From positions 921 through 64,920 of the forward strand of contig CAZAJO010000008.1 of assembly GCA_964485575.1 (NCBI GenBank): a stretch of 64,000 nt of DNA, read 5' to 3'. The stretch's first letter is position 1, and each line of letters starts with the position of its first letter. A program made the position numbers and the translations under genes. The notes under the pieces are model-generated. The model made no database searches, had not been told where the DNA came from, and worked only from the letters and a program-made list of their open reading frames with translations. The stretch is from an uncultured Gammaproteobacteria bacterium (GTDB taxonomy: Bacteria > Patescibacteriota > Microgenomatia > Levybacterales > GWA1-39-11). Shown in pieces: positions 30,926-40,004 of this stretch.

Positions 30926-31425
30926 TATTGTTTTGGTGGCAATGTCACCATGCCTGACGAGACAAGCATTTCGCTTGTGACTTTTGTAAGGATAGGCCGT
31001 ATCGAAAAGTCCAGATATTTACCACCTGATTTGATAGCAGCGCCTGCAACAAGGGACTTATCTACACTTACTTCAAAAAGGACTTGCTTATTAACATTTA
31101 TGACAAACCATCTTGAGAAAGCTTGTAGTGTCTCTTCTTTAGGCTCAAAAGCGAGAATGAGCGAGATGATAGGAAGACCGGTTATTTTTATCTGTATCTT
31201 CTCTATAAAGTCTTTAATGGCAAGCCGAGACTCTGGATTTACGTTGTTGTTGCGAAGCAATGTCATAAAAGCATCCTTTTTCTTGATCCCAAAATTATCC
31301 AAAAGTGCAGCCTCCGGATTGAACTGAGTCGCAAATATCTTTTGAGAGATAAGGTTGAGGCGGTTTGAGAAATCCTCCGCTTGAGCCTTTGTGTTAAATA
31401 GTTCTGATAGGTCAAGTGTATCCAT
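30925..31425 (-). CDS. atpH: ATP synthase delta (OSCP) subunit
   Basis: Called from position and size. The ATG at 31425 (MDTLDLSELF...) sits 1 nt after the atpF stop (31427-31429), so it is preferred over the track start at 31461. Confidence 0.7.
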   Translation of the reverse strand: MDTLDLSELFNTKAQAEDFSNRLNLISQKIFATQFNPEAALLDNFGIKKKDAFMTLLRNNNVNPESRLAIKDFIEKIQIKITGLPIISLILAFEPKEETLQAFSRWFVINVNKQVLFEVSVDKSLVAGAAIKSGGKYLDFSIRPILTKVTSEMLVSSGMVTLPPKQ

Positions 31426-31426
31426 A

Positions 31427-32161
31427 TTAGTCGAATAATCCGTCTTTTTTAGCTCGTTCAAGTGACTTTATGACTAGATTTTGATGATCCTCAAGTGACA
31501 GTGATTTGTTGAGGATCTCTTGAGCCACTTTCTGAACAATCCCATTACTTGCTTGCTCGATCCTATGCATTTTTGCTGTCTTGTATGTTTCTATTTCCTT
31601 CTCAAGATTGTTCAGTAACGTCTGTCTAAAGTCTCTTATCTGCTGCTGTAGGGCAAGCTCTAATTCACTTGTGACATTCTGAAACCCGCTCAGAGACAGA
31701 GTTGTTATCTGCTTTAAAGAGGCTTGGTAGCTTGCTGTAAAAGCATTTCCCGTGTCATATGCCTCCTTGTGGACATCAACTACTATCTTTTGCAATGCTT
31801 GGTCTAAAGCCATTTTTGAACTCGAGCTCACATTGCCAACGTCAACTACCATCCGCTCCAAAGCATTGTCCAAAGATGCCTTTGAAGTCTGACTGATATA
31901 CTGCGCTCCTGCAAGAACTTGGTTGGCCTGATGGGTCGCAATCTGCATAATCTGATTGGACTGATTGACCGCGTTGTCTAGTATCTGACGCTCGCGGGCC
32001 ATCCCATTGCCGACTATCTCACTGTAGTCAGTTTCGAGCTTATTCTCACGCTTGTCGATGTTTTTTTCTTTATTTCTTACTCCAAGCAAGTAAAAAACAA
32101 CAAAAACGACGATTACCAGGTCAAACACAACACTAATAACCTGGAAGAGCAGGTTGGGCAT
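31427..32161 (-). CDS. atpF: ATP synthase b subunit, long form
   Basis: N-terminal TM helix (LLFQVISVVFDLVIVVFVVFYLL) plus a long coiled coil with an internal duplication (ALDNALERMVVDV / ALDQALQKIVVDV). The ATG at 32161 lies 8 nt after a -10 box. Confidence 0.75.
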   Translation of the reverse strand: MPNLLFQVISVVFDLVIVVFVVFYLLGVRNKEKNIDKRENKLETDYSEIVGNGMARERQILDNAVNQSNQIMQIATHQANQVLAGAQYISQTSKASLDNALERMVVDVGNVSSSSKMALDQALQKIVVDVHKEAYDTGNAFTASYQASLKQITTLSLSGFQNVTSELELALQQQIRDFRQTLLNNLEKEIETYKTAKMHRIEQASNGIVQKVAQEILNKSLSLEDHQNLVIKSLERAKKDGLFD

Positions 32162-32169
32162 ATACATCC

Positions 32170-32198
32170 ATAGTACGGTAAAACGTGAATTTTGTGAA
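32170..32198 (-). promoter_or_regulatory. atp operon promoter candidate
   Basis: Minus strand TTCACA (32198-32193) - N17 - TACTAT (32175-32170), then 8 nt to ATG 32161. Confidence 0.45.
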
Positions 32199-32313
32199 GA
32201 TGTCAGTATATATAACTGAAGGAAGAATTGAATTTTGAGGTCATTAGACCTATAACTTTTCGCGCCTTACAAATGTCACAAGCCTATAGGTTGCATGCTG
32301 TATAATTACTGTT

Positions 32314-32463
32314 ATGCAAGCAGAAGTAAAAGTCATTCACCTCTTAGAACCTATGGAGGAAGGGAAGGGTACTGTTGCGCTATTTTTAAATGATGAATAT
32401 GGATTTACGGTATTCGAGCTTTATTCTAAAATTCGAAGCTTTTTTACTAACAATCAGTTATAA
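32314..32463 (+). CDS. small hypothetical ORF (49 aa), below the track threshold
   Basis: ATG..TAA, MQAEVKVIHLLEPMEEGKGTVALFLNDEYGFTVFELYSKIRSFFTNNQL. A TATAAT lies 7 nt upstream. No homology recognised. Confidence 0.25.
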   Translation: MQAEVKVIHLLEPMEEGKGTVALFLNDEYGFTVFELYSKIRSFFTNNQL

Positions 32464-32492
32464 TTTCTTACACATGAAAGGGGGTGAACTAC

Positions 32493-32909
32493 ATGACAAA
32501 ACTTAATCCTTATATAAATTTTAAAGACAACACGCGAGAGGCAATGGAATTCTACAAATCAGTATTTGGAGGAGAACTTACCATGAGCACTTTTAAAGAG
32601 GGCATGGGCCAGGACGGACCTGAGGCAGATTTGATAATGCATGCCATGCTTATCGTCGGACCTGAAATGACACTTATGGCATCTGACACTCCATCTCATA
32701 TGGAATACAAACCAGCTGCTGGAATCGGGATGTCTTTGAGTGGTGAAAGCTCAGATGAAGAGCAACTTACCAATTATTGGAACAAACTGTCTGTTGGCGG
32801 TACACCATTTATGCCACTTGGAAAAGCTCCATGGGGAGATACATTTGGAATGTTGACTGATAAATTCGGTATCAACTGGATGGTAAATATAGCTGGCAAG
32901 AAAGAATAA
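32493..32909 (+). CDS. VOC/glyoxalase-fold protein, PhnB/YjdN-like
   Basis: The N-terminal NPYINF..AMEFYKSVFGG and C-terminal FGMLTDKFGINWMVN are typical of this family. The SD AAAGGGGGTGA precedes ATG 32493. Confidence 0.7.
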   Translation: MTKLNPYINFKDNTREAMEFYKSVFGGELTMSTFKEGMGQDGPEADLIMHAMLIVGPEMTLMASDTPSHMEYKPAAGIGMSLSGESSDEEQLTNYWNKLSVGGTPFMPLGKAPWGDTFGMLTDKFGINWMVNIAGKKE

Positions 32910-32933
32910 AATTTCTTGATTCTATAACTAAAA

Positions 32934-32960
32934 AGCTCACTTTACGTGAGCTTTTTTTTG
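32934..32960 (+). terminator. Rho-independent terminator (bidirectional shape)
   Basis: Stem AGCTCAC (32934-40), loop TTTAC, stem GTGAGCT (32946-52), then a T-run 32953-32960. An A-run precedes the stem. Confidence 0.75.
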
Positions 32961-32992
32961 AATCTGATAGCGGTCAGTAGTATAATCGCCGC

Positions 32993-33442
32993 ATGAGAGA
33001 AATTTTTCCTGATTACGAGCTTACCGAAGACCATTTCATGGAAGTGATTAAGGACAGGATATCCAAACTAAAGATAAAAAATGGTGAATTAAAGACAGGT
33101 AATGGATTTGAAGACCCCGCAGAAAAAGAGAAAGATTGCAAAGGTAGATCAAAACACTATATTGCCTTGAACGGAAAAGATACACCAAGACAACAGGCTG
33201 TGTCTCTTGTTCATGAAGCTATACATATAGATATTTCTGAAAGATTTTGGGAGCAACCCATGTATGGAACGTTCATAGAAATGAGATCTGATGAGGAAAG
33301 GTTAGTCGCATCTAGAACTGAAAAGTTTTTAGGTGAAAATTTGTCACTTGCTTTAGCTGGACTATATTTTACAAAGATGAAGCATGGCAATGGTATCCAA
33401 ATTCCCCTCATTCCCGAATCTATGCTACCAACTACAGCCTGA
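32993..33442 (+). CDS. hypothetical protein with an HExxH motif (possible small SprT/ImmA-like zinc metallopeptidase)
   Basis: SLVHEAIHID at about aa 71-80. There is no other recognisable signature. Confidence 0.4.
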   Translation: MREIFPDYELTEDHFMEVIKDRISKLKIKNGELKTGNGFEDPAEKEKDCKGRSKHYIALNGKDTPRQQAVSLVHEAIHIDISERFWEQPMYGTFIEMRSDEERLVASRTEKFLGENLSLALAGLYFTKMKHGNGIQIPLIPESMLPTTA

Positions 33443-34238
33443 GGATGAGAAATGCTACACCAAGACCTGCAAGGGCAATTGCTGCTACTATCGTGACATT
33501 AAAGATAATCCCGAGATGAATTATGCGTGACGCCGCGGGATTTCGACCCAACGCCTCAACACCTTTTGCAGCTGCACGTCCAAAACTCAAAAATCCAAGT
33601 ATCATAGAACCTAAGACCACAATTGCGGCCATTATGTATTTAAATATTGCTGAAGGTCCTTCTTTTGTAGGAGTCAGTACTAACTTGAATACATCAGAAA
33701 GTGTACCTGGAAAGGTTGGCTTAGAGTTGAAATAGTGAAGATCAAGACTTATCGCTATCTTGTCAGACGCTTTCTTATTTGAGTTTGTATAGTCCTCAGC
33801 CGCAGTTCCCAATACATATCCCTCTTTTGTCGCTTTGACAGCAACCCCTGGCATTGTTGATGAAGTGACCAGATCTCCCTTTTTTATATTCCCCTCCAGT
33901 GAAGAGACATAAACATATACTGTTCCTGTTGAAATGACAGGCACACCATTTGTGATATTTGTGGTGTTTATAATAATTGCAGCATCCCGCGCAACTACTC
34001 CAAGGACTTGAGAATCGTATGGTATTGTGGTTGCTACTGCACCCTTTGACCCTGCCGAAAGAATAATACCATCCTTCACATTTTTATCCTTCACATCAAC
34101 CATATGAGCAACCCCCAAAGTAGCCCCGGTGTCAGTCGTTGAATTAACCGCAGGGGTAGCAGTCTGAGCTTCAATTTTTACAACGTTCGTTACAAAAACC
34201 AAAAACATCAATACTACAAATAGGAATAATCTTTTCAT
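33432..34238 (-). CDS. secreted/membrane protein with a C-terminal two-helix hairpin resembling the F/V-ATPase c subunit (no carboxylate)
   Basis: Signal peptide MKRLFLFVVLMFLVFVTNVVKIEAQT from ATG 34238. The C-terminus YIMAAIVVLGSMILGFLSFGRAAAKGVEALGRNPAASRIIHLGIIFNVTIVAAIALAGLGVAFLILRL aligns without gaps to the E. coli c subunit (K..E...RxP loop). Confidence 0.6.
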   Translation of the reverse strand: MKRLFLFVVLMFLVFVTNVVKIEAQTATPAVNSTTDTGATLGVAHMVDVKDKNVKDGIILSAGSKGAVATTIPYDSQVLGVVARDAAIIINTTNITNGVPVISTGTVYVYVSSLEGNIKKGDLVTSSTMPGVAVKATKEGYVLGTAAEDYTNSNKKASDKIAISLDLHYFNSKPTFPGTLSDVFKLVLTPTKEGPSAIFKYIMAAIVVLGSMILGFLSFGRAAAKGVEALGRNPAASRIIHLGIIFNVTIVAAIALAGLGVAFLILRL

Positions 34239-34257
34239 ATATCTACTATAGCAATTT

Positions 34258-35211
34258 TTACCTTTGACCAGAAACAATTTCGGAAAGACTTTGGCTATTG
34301 TTAACCTTTTGCGTTACGTCATCCTTTTCCCGTTGAAGTTCATTCACTTTTATATTTAAGTCTTCTGATTTTATCTCTAGTTCAATATTGTTGACTCGAA
34401 GTGCCTCTCCAATGAGATACCTTTCCAGTTCAAATTTATATAATAATTTCGTGTTTAGCCAGTTCACTGTCAGAGACATCAAATTCAGAAAAATGATAAG
34501 AAGTGGAATCGTCAATTCTTTATCAAACAGTTTCATATAACCTGCAGTCAAAAGTGCAAAACTCATAACAGGTGGAACAACAATCAAATAGATAAGAAAC
34601 CTGAGAGACAATCTACTGCTAGGACTGTCTATCGTTAGCATACCTAAAAATCCTCTATCAGGCTTACTTAGCAACAAGGACTGGCAACTTATGATAAATA
34701 GTGCAGAAATCATGAGTTGATTAACTTTTGTATGAAGATCTTGCTTTGTTATGACAGCATAAACAGATTCATAAAAAGTAAGTGCAACCAGTAGTATCGT
34801 GAAAAAGAGTATTAGTTGACTGAAAAAATGCCTATGGACTAATTTAGTGTAAAGCAAAATCATGGTAATACCAAAAACACAAAGAGCGACACCATAATAG
34901 AAATTACTTTGAGAACTGAGAATAGATAACACTCCAAAAAGAATAATAAGAACCAATAAAACAACACTAATAATCTTGCGTACGTTAGAAAGTTGAATGG
35001 TACTATACTTTTTCTTCTGGATTAACAAAAACAATGCTGAAGAAATAACCCCTGCAAAAATAAATAGATGAATCAAACCAAATAAAAACATCACAAAAGC
35101 TGCTCCCGCCGATAAAACACCACTAACATCTGAAATCCTTCTAATGAGGGTAACAGCGCCTGTATTTGCAGGAACATTTATATTTGAAGCGGGGTATACG
35201 ACTTGAGTCAT
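34258..35211 (-). CDS. polytopic membrane protein with a C-terminal coiled coil (hypothetical)
   Basis: About 7-8 hydrophobic helices, then ELEIKSEDLNIKVNELQREKDDVTQK. The ATG at 35211 lies 6 nt after a TATACT box; the track start at 35250 is a TTG. Confidence 0.6.
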   Translation of the reverse strand: MTQVVYPASNINVPANTGAVTLIRRISDVSGVLSAGAAFVMFLFGLIHLFIFAGVISSALFLLIQKKKYSTIQLSNVRKIISVVLLVLIILFGVLSILSSQSNFYYGVALCVFGITMILLYTKLVHRHFFSQLILFFTILLVALTFYESVYAVITKQDLHTKVNQLMISALFIISCQSLLLSKPDRGFLGMLTIDSPSSRLSLRFLIYLIVVPPVMSFALLTAGYMKLFDKELTIPLLIIFLNLMSLTVNWLNTKLLYKFELERYLIGEALRVNNIELEIKSEDLNIKVNELQREKDDVTQKVNNSQSLSEIVSGQR

Positions 35212-35217
35212 ACTAAA

Positions 35218-35246
35218 AGTATAGGTAAAATTACTATGGAATACAA
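35218..35246 (-). promoter_or_regulatory. promoter candidate, leaderless geometry
   Basis: TTGTAT (35246-35241) - N17 - TATACT (35223-35218) - N6 - ATG 35211. Confidence 0.45.
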
Positions 35247-35255
35247 ACAATCAAG

Positions 35256-35285
35256 TTCATAATTATTCACATAAAGGAGTATAAT
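35256..35285 (+). promoter_or_regulatory. promoter candidate for the receiver gene
   Basis: TTCATA (35256-61) - N18 - TATAAT (35280-85) - N6 - GTG 35292. An AAGGAG inside the spacer offers an alternative SD reading. Confidence 0.3.
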
Positions 35286-35291
35286 TTTAGG

Positions 35292-35663
35292 GTGACAAAA
35301 ATACTCTTGATTGATGATGATCCACTAATACGTCGGCTTTATTTAAAGGCACTTCAATTTTCAGGGTTTGAGACAAAAATTGCATCAGATGGAGAATTGG
35401 GAATAACAATGGCACGTACTTATCTTCCGGATCTTATCCTACTTGATATCATGTTGCCTAAAAAAAATGGGTTTGAAGTCTTAAGAGAATTAAAGATTGA
35501 TCCACAAACAGCCTCAATCCCAGTAATAATCCTGTCTAATCTCTCACACGAAAGTGATGCAGAAACTGCGCTTGATAGTGGAGCTATCAACTACTTAATA
35601 AAGAGTGATCACGAACCAAATGAAGTTGTGCAATTGATTCAAAAAACTCTTAGCATAAGTTAG
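35292..35663 (+). CDS. single-domain response regulator receiver (CheY-like)
   Basis: ILLIDDD..., DLILLDIMLPKKNG (phospho-acceptor Asp), and the ...ILSNL... and ...YLIK motifs. Confidence 0.9.
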   Translation: MTKILLIDDDPLIRRLYLKALQFSGFETKIASDGELGITMARTYLPDLILLDIMLPKKNGFEVLRELKIDPQTASIPVIILSNLSHESDAETALDSGAINYLIKSDHEPNEVVQLIQKTLSIS

Positions 35664-36673
35664 TTAGGTTGAAGAACTTCAAGTAATCCTGACAAAGACA
35701 TCGTTGCAACACATATCACCGAATCACAACCACCATAGTAAAGATATATAGTGTCATCTCTCACAATAGCACCACATGAGAATACAAGATTTGGAATTGT
35801 TCCTTGCATCTCATAATCTTTTTCTGGCTCAAGAAGGGGAGCATTCGTTCTTGAAATTATTTTACGAGGGTCAGAAGGGTCAAGTAGCATAGCTCCAATC
35901 TTATAAACAAATCCTGGATTGCAAGCAGCATGGTAGAACAAAAGAAGTCCTTTTTCAGTCTCTATTGGTGGTCCTGCAATACCAATCTTTATGTTGTCCC
36001 AGTTGTCTAGTCTGGCTTGGGCCATAATGCCGCCGGTTAAGAATTTGACATCAGGAAATGATAAATCTCTCAACTTATCAAACCAAATAGAATGGCCAAG
36101 TCTATGGAAAGCATAATACCCATTTTCAAGTTTAAAAACGCTTGCATCTTTATCATCAACCCCCGGCGGTGAGATAAGCTTTGGACTGTCCCAATTCCAG
36201 TTTTTGGCGACAAAATCACTGACAGAGATGGAGGTAAATGCGACTCTTGGAGGATTGGTTCCATCATATGCTGTATAGGTCATATAAAATCTGTTCTCGA
36301 TCTTTGTAATGCGGGGATCTTCGCATCCTGAATTCCATCCCGGTTTTGTGCTCATCTCAAAATCCTGGGTAGGACGGTAGATAGGCTCATCGAGATTTTC
36401 ATTAATGGTTAATCCATCAACGGATGAAGCGTATCCCAGACAGCTTACACCATCATATCCTTGAGCTCTATATATAAGATGGACTCTCCCTTCCTCATAT
36501 ACTACAGCCGGGTTGAATGTCGCTTTTGCCCGCCATGAAAAATTAGGATCCGGAGTGATGATAGGATTTCCGTCAAACTTTGTAAACTTCGTCTGGATTA
36601 CATCCTGAGGCTCACTTTCATTAATGGATTTTTTTGTGTTGTTTGAGGATGAAAATCCTAAGAACTCGAACAT
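35660..36673 (-). CDS. GH130-like glycosidase/phosphorylase (DUF377 beta-propeller)
   Basis: FNPAVVYEEGRVHLIYRAQG, GCEDPRITKIENRFYMTYTAYDG and YLYYGGCD are typical of the family. Confidence 0.7.
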   Translation of the reverse strand: MFEFLGFSSSNNTKKSINESEPQDVIQTKFTKFDGNPIITPDPNFSWRAKATFNPAVVYEEGRVHLIYRAQGYDGVSCLGYASSVDGLTINENLDEPIYRPTQDFEMSTKPGWNSGCEDPRITKIENRFYMTYTAYDGTNPPRVAFTSISVSDFVAKNWNWDSPKLISPPGVDDKDASVFKLENGYYAFHRLGHSIWFDKLRDLSFPDVKFLTGGIMAQARLDNWDNIKIGIAGPPIETEKGLLLFYHAACNPGFVYKIGAMLLDPSDPRKIISRTNAPLLEPEKDYEMQGTIPNLVFSCGAIVRDDTIYLYYGGCDSVICVATMSLSGLLEVLQPN

Positions 36674-36679
36674 ATATTT

Positions 36680-36708
36680 ATAGTAGCACTAATTGACCAC
36701 CGTGGTAA
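36680..36708 (-). promoter_or_regulatory. promoter candidate, leaderless geometry (GH130 gene)
   Basis: TTACCA (36708-03) - N17 - TACTAT (36685-80) - N6 - ATG 36673. Confidence 0.45.
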
Positions 36709-36721
36709 AATCAACTACATA
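36693..36721 (+). promoter_or_regulatory. divergent promoter candidate (NUDIX gene)
   Basis: TTGACC (36693-98) - N17 - TACATA (36716-21). This box overlaps the track start ATG 36721, which favours the start at 36742 (SD-like AAGGAAA upstream). Confidence 0.4.
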
Positions 36722-36741
36722 TGCAAAAGGAAAAATTTAAG

Positions 36742-37161
36742 ATGATTGTCTCTGTTTATCTACTTCTTATGAAGGAAGGAAAAATTTATCTTCAAAAAAG
36801 AAAAGGTACAGGATTTAGGGATGGACAATGGGGGCTTATTGCCGGTCATCATGATGGAGGCCAAACTCTCAAAGAAGCGATGATTCGGGAGGCCAAAGAA
36901 GAAGCAAACATTGAAATTTTGCACTCGGATCTTCAATTTGTTCATGCTCTCCATAAAAGAGAAAATGACGAGAGACTCGAAATATTTTTCAGAACTGATA
37001 CTTGGGTAGGTGAACCGATCATTGCCGAACCGCATAAGGCAGAAAGCGCAGAGTGGTTTGACCCAAATCAACTTCCTGAAAGAACAATAGACTACATTGC
37101 AGATGTCATCAAGAATGTTACAGCTGGAACTAACTATAGTGATTATGGTTTTGAATCATGA
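36742..37161 (+). CDS. NUDIX hydrolase
   Basis: Nudix box GLIAGHHDGGQTLKEAMIREAKEEANI. The track start 36721 is also possible. Confidence 0.85.
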   Translation: MIVSVYLLLMKEGKIYLQKRKGTGFRDGQWGLIAGHHDGGQTLKEAMIREAKEEANIEILHSDLQFVHALHKRENDERLEIFFRTDTWVGEPIIAEPHKAESAEWFDPNQLPERTIDYIADVIKNVTAGTNYSDYGFES

Positions 37162-37622
37162 ATAAGCTTGCGACTCTTTGCTATCTTCAAAAAAATGGGC
37201 GCACACTTATGATATGCCCCCACAAAAAGAAAGTCACAGAATATAATGGGAAATGGAATGGATTGGGAGGAAAAGTGCAGAATGGAGAGACCCCTGAAGA
37301 ATGTGCGATACGTGAAGTGTATGAAGAATCCAATTTAAAGGTTAAAAAGCTCCAGTTTGCGGGTATCCTTACGTTCCCTAAGATTTTTGATGATCAAGAT
37401 TGGTATTGTGTAGTTTATAAAAGCTCAGATTTTTCCGGAAAGTTAATTGAGTCTGATGAGGGAAACCTGGAATGGATAAAGAATGAGAAAGTTTTGGAAA
37501 AAAACCTTTGGGAAGGTGATCATTTTTTTCTTCCGTATCTTTTTTCAGGTAAATTATTCAATGGGAAATTCTTTTACAAGAAGGGTACATTGTTAAAGCA
37601 TTCAATATCCCTTATGGAGTAG
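37158..37622 (+). CDS. NUDIX hydrolase (MutT-like)
   Basis: Nudix box GLGGKVQNGETPEECAIREVYEESNL. ATGA overlap with the previous gene. Confidence 0.85.
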   Translation: MNKLATLCYLQKNGRTLMICPHKKKVTEYNGKWNGLGGKVQNGETPEECAIREVYEESNLKVKKLQFAGILTFPKIFDDQDWYCVVYKSSDFSGKLIESDEGNLEWIKNEKVLEKNLWEGDHFFLPYLFSGKLFNGKFFYKKGTLLKHSISLME

Positions 37623-39957
37623 GTGTTGGACTTGGCGTCGGCGTATTTGTCGGACTATTATTGTCATAATGATAATTCGATTTGTCAGATGGCCTTTTGT
37701 ATTTGTTGTCATCTTTATAGTGCTCGTTAACCCACGCATCAATCGCTTCTTGCCATCTATTCTTTCCGTCAGTTGAGACCGGATCATCTTCGACAAAATT
37801 TATCACTTCAATTGTATCGTAATCATTGCGAGACACTTCTTCGTCAGATGCCAATTTTCCTTGATCGTGTTTTGACATTTTCAGCGTTTTAAATATTGGA
37901 GATTTTGTTGTTGGCTCAGTCCCTTTGATGAAATATTCAACCCTTGTTGGTTGTCCATCAATTGGAAGACCCCCTGAGAAAGCATCAATTTGCTTATCAA
38001 TAATGCTATCAGGCTTTTTGAATTCTTCTTTTGAGGTTCCCTTAAGGACTCGTGTCATAACTTTATTCCAGATAGGAGATGCACCTGTTACACCTGACGC
38101 AATACGGGGATCGAGTGGTGTGTTGTCATTATTTCCAACCCAGACACCCACTGCAAATGATGGAGTATATCCGATTGTCCAGTTATCTCTTTTCTGGTCA
38201 GTTGTACCGGTTTTGACTGCAACAGTTCTCCCAGAGACATTGAGCCATGAATTTGGTCCAAAGGCTTCAGTTCTAGCATTATTATCAAGAAGAATGTGGG
38301 ATATTAAAAATGCCACTGACTCCTCAAGAACCTGCTGTTGACCTTTATCTTGATGCTTATAAAGAGTCTTTCCATGAGTGTCTTTTACTTCTTCTATTCC
38401 AAATGTTTCCTTCTTTTGACCGCCTCTCGCAAACACCGAGTAAGCAGAGGTTATCTGCACAAGACTTGCTTCACGTCCACCCAAAACAAGAGACAATCCA
38501 ACACTCTTAAGATGATCTGCGGTTGGCTCCCAATTTGAGATTCCCATATCAAAACCTTTTTGCATTACAGGCTTTATTCCAACCCGGGCAAGCATTTTCA
38601 CAGCTGGAATGTTAAGAGAATTACCTAGTGAGAAGCGTAGTTGGACAGGTCCTCTAAATTTACCGTCGTAATTGACAGGGGTATACGCTGTGTTGTTTCC
38701 GCTTCCATCGTTGACTGGAAAATCTGTCTTTACATCCATAATAAGAGTTGAAGGGGTATAACCCTTTTCAAGGGCAACAGCATACATTATCGGCTTTAGA
38801 CTTGATCCCGGTTGACGAAGCGAAGTTGCTGCGTTGAATTGCCCGTCGATATCGTCATTAAAATAATCGCGACTCCCAAGCATTGCAAGAATTCCTCCCG
38901 TTTTGACATCCAATACCATAACCGCTGCATTCTGGACTTTAAAATTCTTAAATCCCTCAAATTCTTTTGTAACAATTCCCTCTGCATCATCCTGAATGTC
39001 AGAATCCAGAGTAGTTTTGATAGTTAAGTTTCCATTACTGACATAATTCTCTCCAAACATATCCACTAATTGTTGTCGTACCCACATAACAAAATGGGGG
39101 GCCTTAATAGCTTCTGTCTTATGCTCTTTGAATGTGAAATTTGATATTTCCTTTAACGATTCGTCGGCTTGTTTTTGGGAAATATACCCTTCATCCTTCA
39201 TGCGTCTTAAAACGTCTTTGGAACGTCCAATGTAATTCTTGTCACTGTTTGAGAAAGGAGAATAATATGAAGGTAACTGTGGAAGACCTCCTAAGAATGC
39301 GCTTTGGGCGAGTGTCAGGTCTTTTGCGTGCTTGTTAAAATATAAATTGCTCGCCGCCTCAATTCCTACAGATGTTCCTCCATAAGGAATGTTGTTAAGG
39401 TACATCTCCAAGATCTGATCTTTAGAATATTTACTGTCAACCTGAACGGCTAAAATGAGTTCTTTCAGTTTTCTTGTGATACTTCGCTCTGATGTCAGAA
39501 GGGCAATTTTTACTAATTGTTGCGTAATAGTAGATCCTCCAGTTGCACGCTTTCTTAATAGTGGATCTAAAATCACTCCCCGGAACATACCGGTCAGAGA
39601 AAATCCTTTATTGCGCATAAAGTCCTTATCTTCAGTTGCGATTGTGGCATTTCGTAAATCCTGTGGAATTTGGTCAAGTTTTACATAAATACGATTGTAG
39701 TCTTTGTAGAAAGAGTAGAGGAGCTTTCCATTTTTGTCCAAAATTCTTGTCGAATCCTTTATGTTTCCGTTTGCTAATTTTCCGGGAGTTGGAAGATCTC
39801 GGCTTACCCAAAGAACATAAACAAACCCAAATAAAATTAATCCCACTAAACCAAAGAAGAGGTATTTAGCAAGCTTTGCTTCTAAAAATGCCGTTTTTGA
39901 AGCGAAAAATGGACGTTTTCTTTGTGCGGTTCGGCGCAGACGACTATAATGCTGCAT
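37612..39957 (-). CDS. class A penicillin-binding protein (PBP1A-type transglycosylase/transpeptidase) with a Pro/Thr C-terminal tail
   Basis: GT51 motifs ATEDKDF and GGSTITQQL. Transpeptidase motifs SSLKP, SLN and KTGTT. The tail is SPTNTPTPSPTPTP. ATG 39957 is preferred over TTG 39975. Confidence 0.92.
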   Translation of the reverse strand: MQHYSRLRRTAQRKRPFFASKTAFLEAKLAKYLFFGLVGLILFGFVYVLWVSRDLPTPGKLANGNIKDSTRILDKNGKLLYSFYKDYNRIYVKLDQIPQDLRNATIATEDKDFMRNKGFSLTGMFRGVILDPLLRKRATGGSTITQQLVKIALLTSERSITRKLKELILAVQVDSKYSKDQILEMYLNNIPYGGTSVGIEAASNLYFNKHAKDLTLAQSAFLGGLPQLPSYYSPFSNSDKNYIGRSKDVLRRMKDEGYISQKQADESLKEISNFTFKEHKTEAIKAPHFVMWVRQQLVDMFGENYVSNGNLTIKTTLDSDIQDDAEGIVTKEFEGFKNFKVQNAAVMVLDVKTGGILAMLGSRDYFNDDIDGQFNAATSLRQPGSSLKPIMYAVALEKGYTPSTLIMDVKTDFPVNDGSGNNTAYTPVNYDGKFRGPVQLRFSLGNSLNIPAVKMLARVGIKPVMQKGFDMGISNWEPTADHLKSVGLSLVLGGREASLVQITSAYSVFARGGQKKETFGIEEVKDTHGKTLYKHQDKGQQQVLEESVAFLISHILLDNNARTEAFGPNSWLNVSGRTVAVKTGTTDQKRDNWTIGYTPSFAVGVWVGNNDNTPLDPRIASGVTGASPIWNKVMTRVLKGTSKEEFKKPDSIIDKQIDAFSGGLPIDGQPTRVEYFIKGTEPTTKSPIFKTLKMSKHDQGKLASDEEVSRNDYDTIEVINFVEDDPVSTDGKNRWQEAIDAWVNEHYKDDNKYKRPSDKSNYHYDNNSPTNTPTPSPTPTP

Positions 39958-39966
39958 GAGTAGTCT

Positions 39967-39995
39967 AGTATACAATTTTTGAGAGTAACAATCAA
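39967..39995 (-). promoter_or_regulatory. promoter candidate, leaderless geometry (PBP1A)
   Basis: TTGATT (39995-90) - N17 (contains CTCAAA) - TATACT (39972-67) - N9 - ATG 39957. Confidence 0.45.
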
Positions 39996-40004
39996 AAATG
40001 AAGC

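Noticed and set aside
34258-35211. The polytopic membrane protein as a divergent ATP synthase a subunit, based on SRLSLRFLIY against the a-subunit LRLFGN motif.
   Set aside because: The resemblance is limited to LSLR(F/L). There is no GN motif, the helix count is wrong, and a C-terminal coiled coil is not seen in subunit a.
39976-40004. The AT-only inverted repeat TTTTTGA-N9-TCAAAAA as a terminator after the NUDIX gene.
   Set aside because: The stem is 7 A/T pairs only, with no GC clamp or T-tract. The same bases are better explained as the -35 and spacer of the PBP1A promoter.
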